From assembly GCF_009914755.1 (NCBI RefSeq), contig NC_060925.1: a stretch of 64,000 bases of DNA; one strand, written 5' to 3'. Below are positions 61,364 to 64,000 of this stretch, piece by piece; position 1 is the stretch's first letter, and each line of letters starts with the position of its first letter. The stretch comes from the human T2T-CHM13v2.0 reference genome, Homo sapiens. Position numbers and translations under genes: made by a program. Below the pieces are notes generated by a model. That model was not told the origin of the DNA and ran no database searches. It was given only the letters and a program-made list of their open reading frames with translations.

Positions 61364-61450
61364 CTTTCTGATTCTTCAGCACCGTTTTTCTCTTTTTTTT
61401 CCTTTGGTGTCAGAAACTTGGGCTTCCACATTTTCAGTTTATCTTCATCT
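61364..61450 (-). CDS. FYB2: FYB2 internal exon (DEDKLKMWKPKFLTPKEKKEKNGAEESE/S)
   Basis: Minus strand ttctcctcag|AGATGAAG ... TCAGAAAG|gtggga; 87 nt, phase 2 at both ends; open frame that joins the next exon. Confidence 0.9.
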
Positions 61451-61579
61451 CTGAGGAGAAATATATTTTGAGCAAGTAAATTAAGACTGAATTATATATT
61501 CATGGAACCATCAACACTTCATGGGCAATTATGTTTTACAAAAAATTAAAAAGTCATCTAGAAATATATTTTGATAATC

Positions 61580-61725
61580 CATGGAAAGGCCATATAATAA
61601 ATATTTTAGGCTTTGCAGGCCATATTATCTCTATGGCAGCTCTTCAACTCTACTGTTGCAACTTTATACACAGAAACAAGTGGCAGGCCATATTTGGTCC
61701 TCAGGCCATAGTTTGCTGACCCCTG
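61580..61725. mobile_element. MER58-like hAT MITE fragment
   Basis: taaatattttaggctttgcaggccata...ggccatagtttgctgacccctg. Confidence 0.75.
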
Positions 61726-62089
61726 ATGTGTGGTAATCCAAATTTGAATCCAGATGCAAGAGATCAGCCTGCTTATAATCACATTTCATCTCCTTTATGA
61801 GCCTCAGTTTTGTTTTGTTTTTTTTTTTGCCTCTAAAATATGAACAATGTAACTGAACTCCATTGTGAAACAAGGCTAAGCCAACTAGCATGTAACATTA
61901 GTGATTCCAGGCAAAAGAGAATGCAGGGAAGGGAGAAGGTATTTATTATAGAAAGAACTAGTACTTTTTAGCATGTATGTGTCAGGTCTTATGCTAAGCA
62001 TCTTACATATGTTAACTCATTTGGTTTTCAAAGTAAGTATTGCAACAATCCTTTAAACTGATCACTCAAAGTTTTACAGTACAAGGGAG

Positions 62090-62680
62090 GAAATGGATGA
62101 GCAGAGAGAATGAAATGGATAATCATAGTGGTATGACCACTTTGGAAAACAAGTTGGCATTTTCTTATGAATTTGCATTCCCTATAATTTGCATTTTTTC
62201 CCCTTCTAAGTATATCTTCTAGAAAAATTCCTGCACACATTCACAGGAGCTGTAAGAATATCTGTGGCAGTATTATTTGTAAGGGCCCCAAATTAGGATC
62301 TACCTCAATACTTATCAACAATCGAATGGATAAATGAATTATGGTATACACATACAATGGAATACTATAGAACATTAAAATGAAAGGAAAAATGAAATAT
62401 TATATTTGAATAAAAAAGTTACATAACTCTATATACAGTGTCTCATTTTCATAATGTTCAAATCCCAAATGAAACAATATTTGTATCATATGTTTGTTAA
62501 AACTATTTTTATTTTGAACAAGGAAATGAAAACACCAAATTTATGAGAACAGTCACCTTGAGGGAAAGGATACATGAAGTATACAAGGGAAAGAGGCCAA
62601 GGTATTGGTTATGTTCTAGTTCTTAAGTCGAATGATAGGTTCAGGGCAATTCGTTTTACCATGTTTTACCATGCTTTACA
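62090..62680 (+). mobile_element. Old L1 (L1ME-like) 3' fragment
   Basis: ccactttggaaaac..ttggca; gaatggataaatgaattatggtatacatacaatggaatactat. Confidence 0.7.
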
Positions 62681-62733
62681 ACTTTTTGTTTTCTTTTGAT
62701 TTTTACAAATGATTTTTTAAGAAAAAGAATTTA

Positions 62734-62905
62734 TCCAGATTCAGTGCTATGCACTTGTAGTTCCAGCTACTTGGAGGCTGAAGTGAGAGGATTGCTTGAG
62801 ACAGGAGCTCAAAGTGCAGTGTGCTATGATCACGCCTGTGAATAGCCACTGCATTTCAACCTGGGCAACATAGTAAGACCTCATCTCAAACAAAAGAGAA
62901 AAAGA
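62734..62905 (+). mobile_element. Alu monomer (FAM/FRAM-like) with TSD-like aaaaagaattta
   Basis: gctatgatcacgcctgtgaatagccactgca is FAM/7SL-like; flanking direct repeat. Confidence 0.82.
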
Positions 62906-64000
62906 ATTTATTCCTTACCCTAACTTGATATTTCAGGGTTCTCTTCCATCTTATGCCAAATTACATTTCCTGTTTGTAACACCACTTTCCTGATCATATA
63001 TGCCTTATGGTCCAACACAACTTCCCAAACACAAGTGTTTTCCATTTACAGTTGTCTACTCCCCCTCTTACCCCTCCCTTTTCTCTCATCTTCTTTTGCT
63101 CCCAGTCTTCACCTGTCAAAACGTTACCTGTCTTTCCTGTTTCAGCTTGGCACAAAGATTTTTGATCGCCTAAATAACAGTAATGCGTACCTATTCTGAG
63201 CTTCCAGGTTATCTTGCACATTTTTATAGCAGGTCCTTCTTTGTTAACTAATTTATCAAATTATGTTTTGGTATCAGGCACGTGATACAGATATGAAAGC
63301 CACAGTCCCTACCTCAAAGAGTTCCCAGTCTAGCAGATGAGAAAGTCAAGAAAACAGACCATTACAATTCTGAGAAAAATATCTTGATAAAAAAGGGAGT
63401 ACCTAACTTAAATAGATAAAGTTAGACAGGGCTTCTTAGAAAAAGTGAAATCTGAATTCAATTTTAAATAACGAGGGATAAAATAGCCAGGCAAAAAACA
63501 TGGCAAAGTGTGTTACAGGTAGAACTATTCTTTTCTTCTTAAATTATCACCTTCTTGAAGAGGCTTTCCACTGCTATCCATACTTTAAAACCCCTACCAT
63601 CACAAACCCTATATCCACTCTCTTTCAAAAAATCCTGTTTCAAAGCAACCAAATTCCAATGTGTAATTATAGACTTATTTTTTCATTTGTTTATTGATTT
63701 AGTCACTCTAAGCCCACAGGAGTAGGAATTATATCTCTTTTGTTCACTGCTCTATACCCAACACCTAGCACAGTGCCTTGCACAAAGGACATGTTCAATA
63801 AATATTTGTTGAATGAATTGATGAAGTTGGAACAAATGTGAAGGTTTGGAAATGCTGGACAGCATATCCGGTCTAAGGAACTCCAAGTAGTACAGTATGG
63901 ATGGAACACAGGAATAGTGGGTAAGCAGGAAGAACAGGCGAGGCTAAGAGGTTGCCAGGGGCTGGATTATGAATAAATTTTATGTCTTCCTAAGCAGTTT

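Overview
Primate (almost certainly human) genomic DNA. The + strand carries exons 2-9 of PRKAA2 (AMPK catalytic subunit alpha-2); exon 1 lies upstream of the window. I rebuilt the exons by hand. All are GT-AG with matching phases (142+94+145+88+225+505+127+239 nt) and give the kinase domain, AID/linker and C-terminal domain up to the stop at 42581. A 3' UTR of about 7.6 kb follows, with several candidate poly(A) signals. Convergent on the - strand are the last five coding exons of FYB2 (C1orf168/ARAP; C-terminal helically extended SH3 domain), none of which the ORF track shows. The rest is intron/intergenic DNA rich in Alu, L1, L2, MIR, MaLR LTRs and DNA transposons. Repeat subfamily names are by eye and boundaries are approximate. 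I found no convincing new multi-gene system. The most notable observations are: (1) a 166-bp copy of intron 3 sequence inserted into an Alu monomer in intron 2, so that exon 3 sits between direct repeats; (2) an exon 3 acceptor with no adjacent polypyrimidine tract that looks like a minor-intron relic; (3) a pre-miRNA-sized hairpin in intron 2; (4) an in-frame tandem acceptor in FYB2; (5) miRNA seed sites, including a MIR-derived let-7 site, found only in the long 3' UTR.
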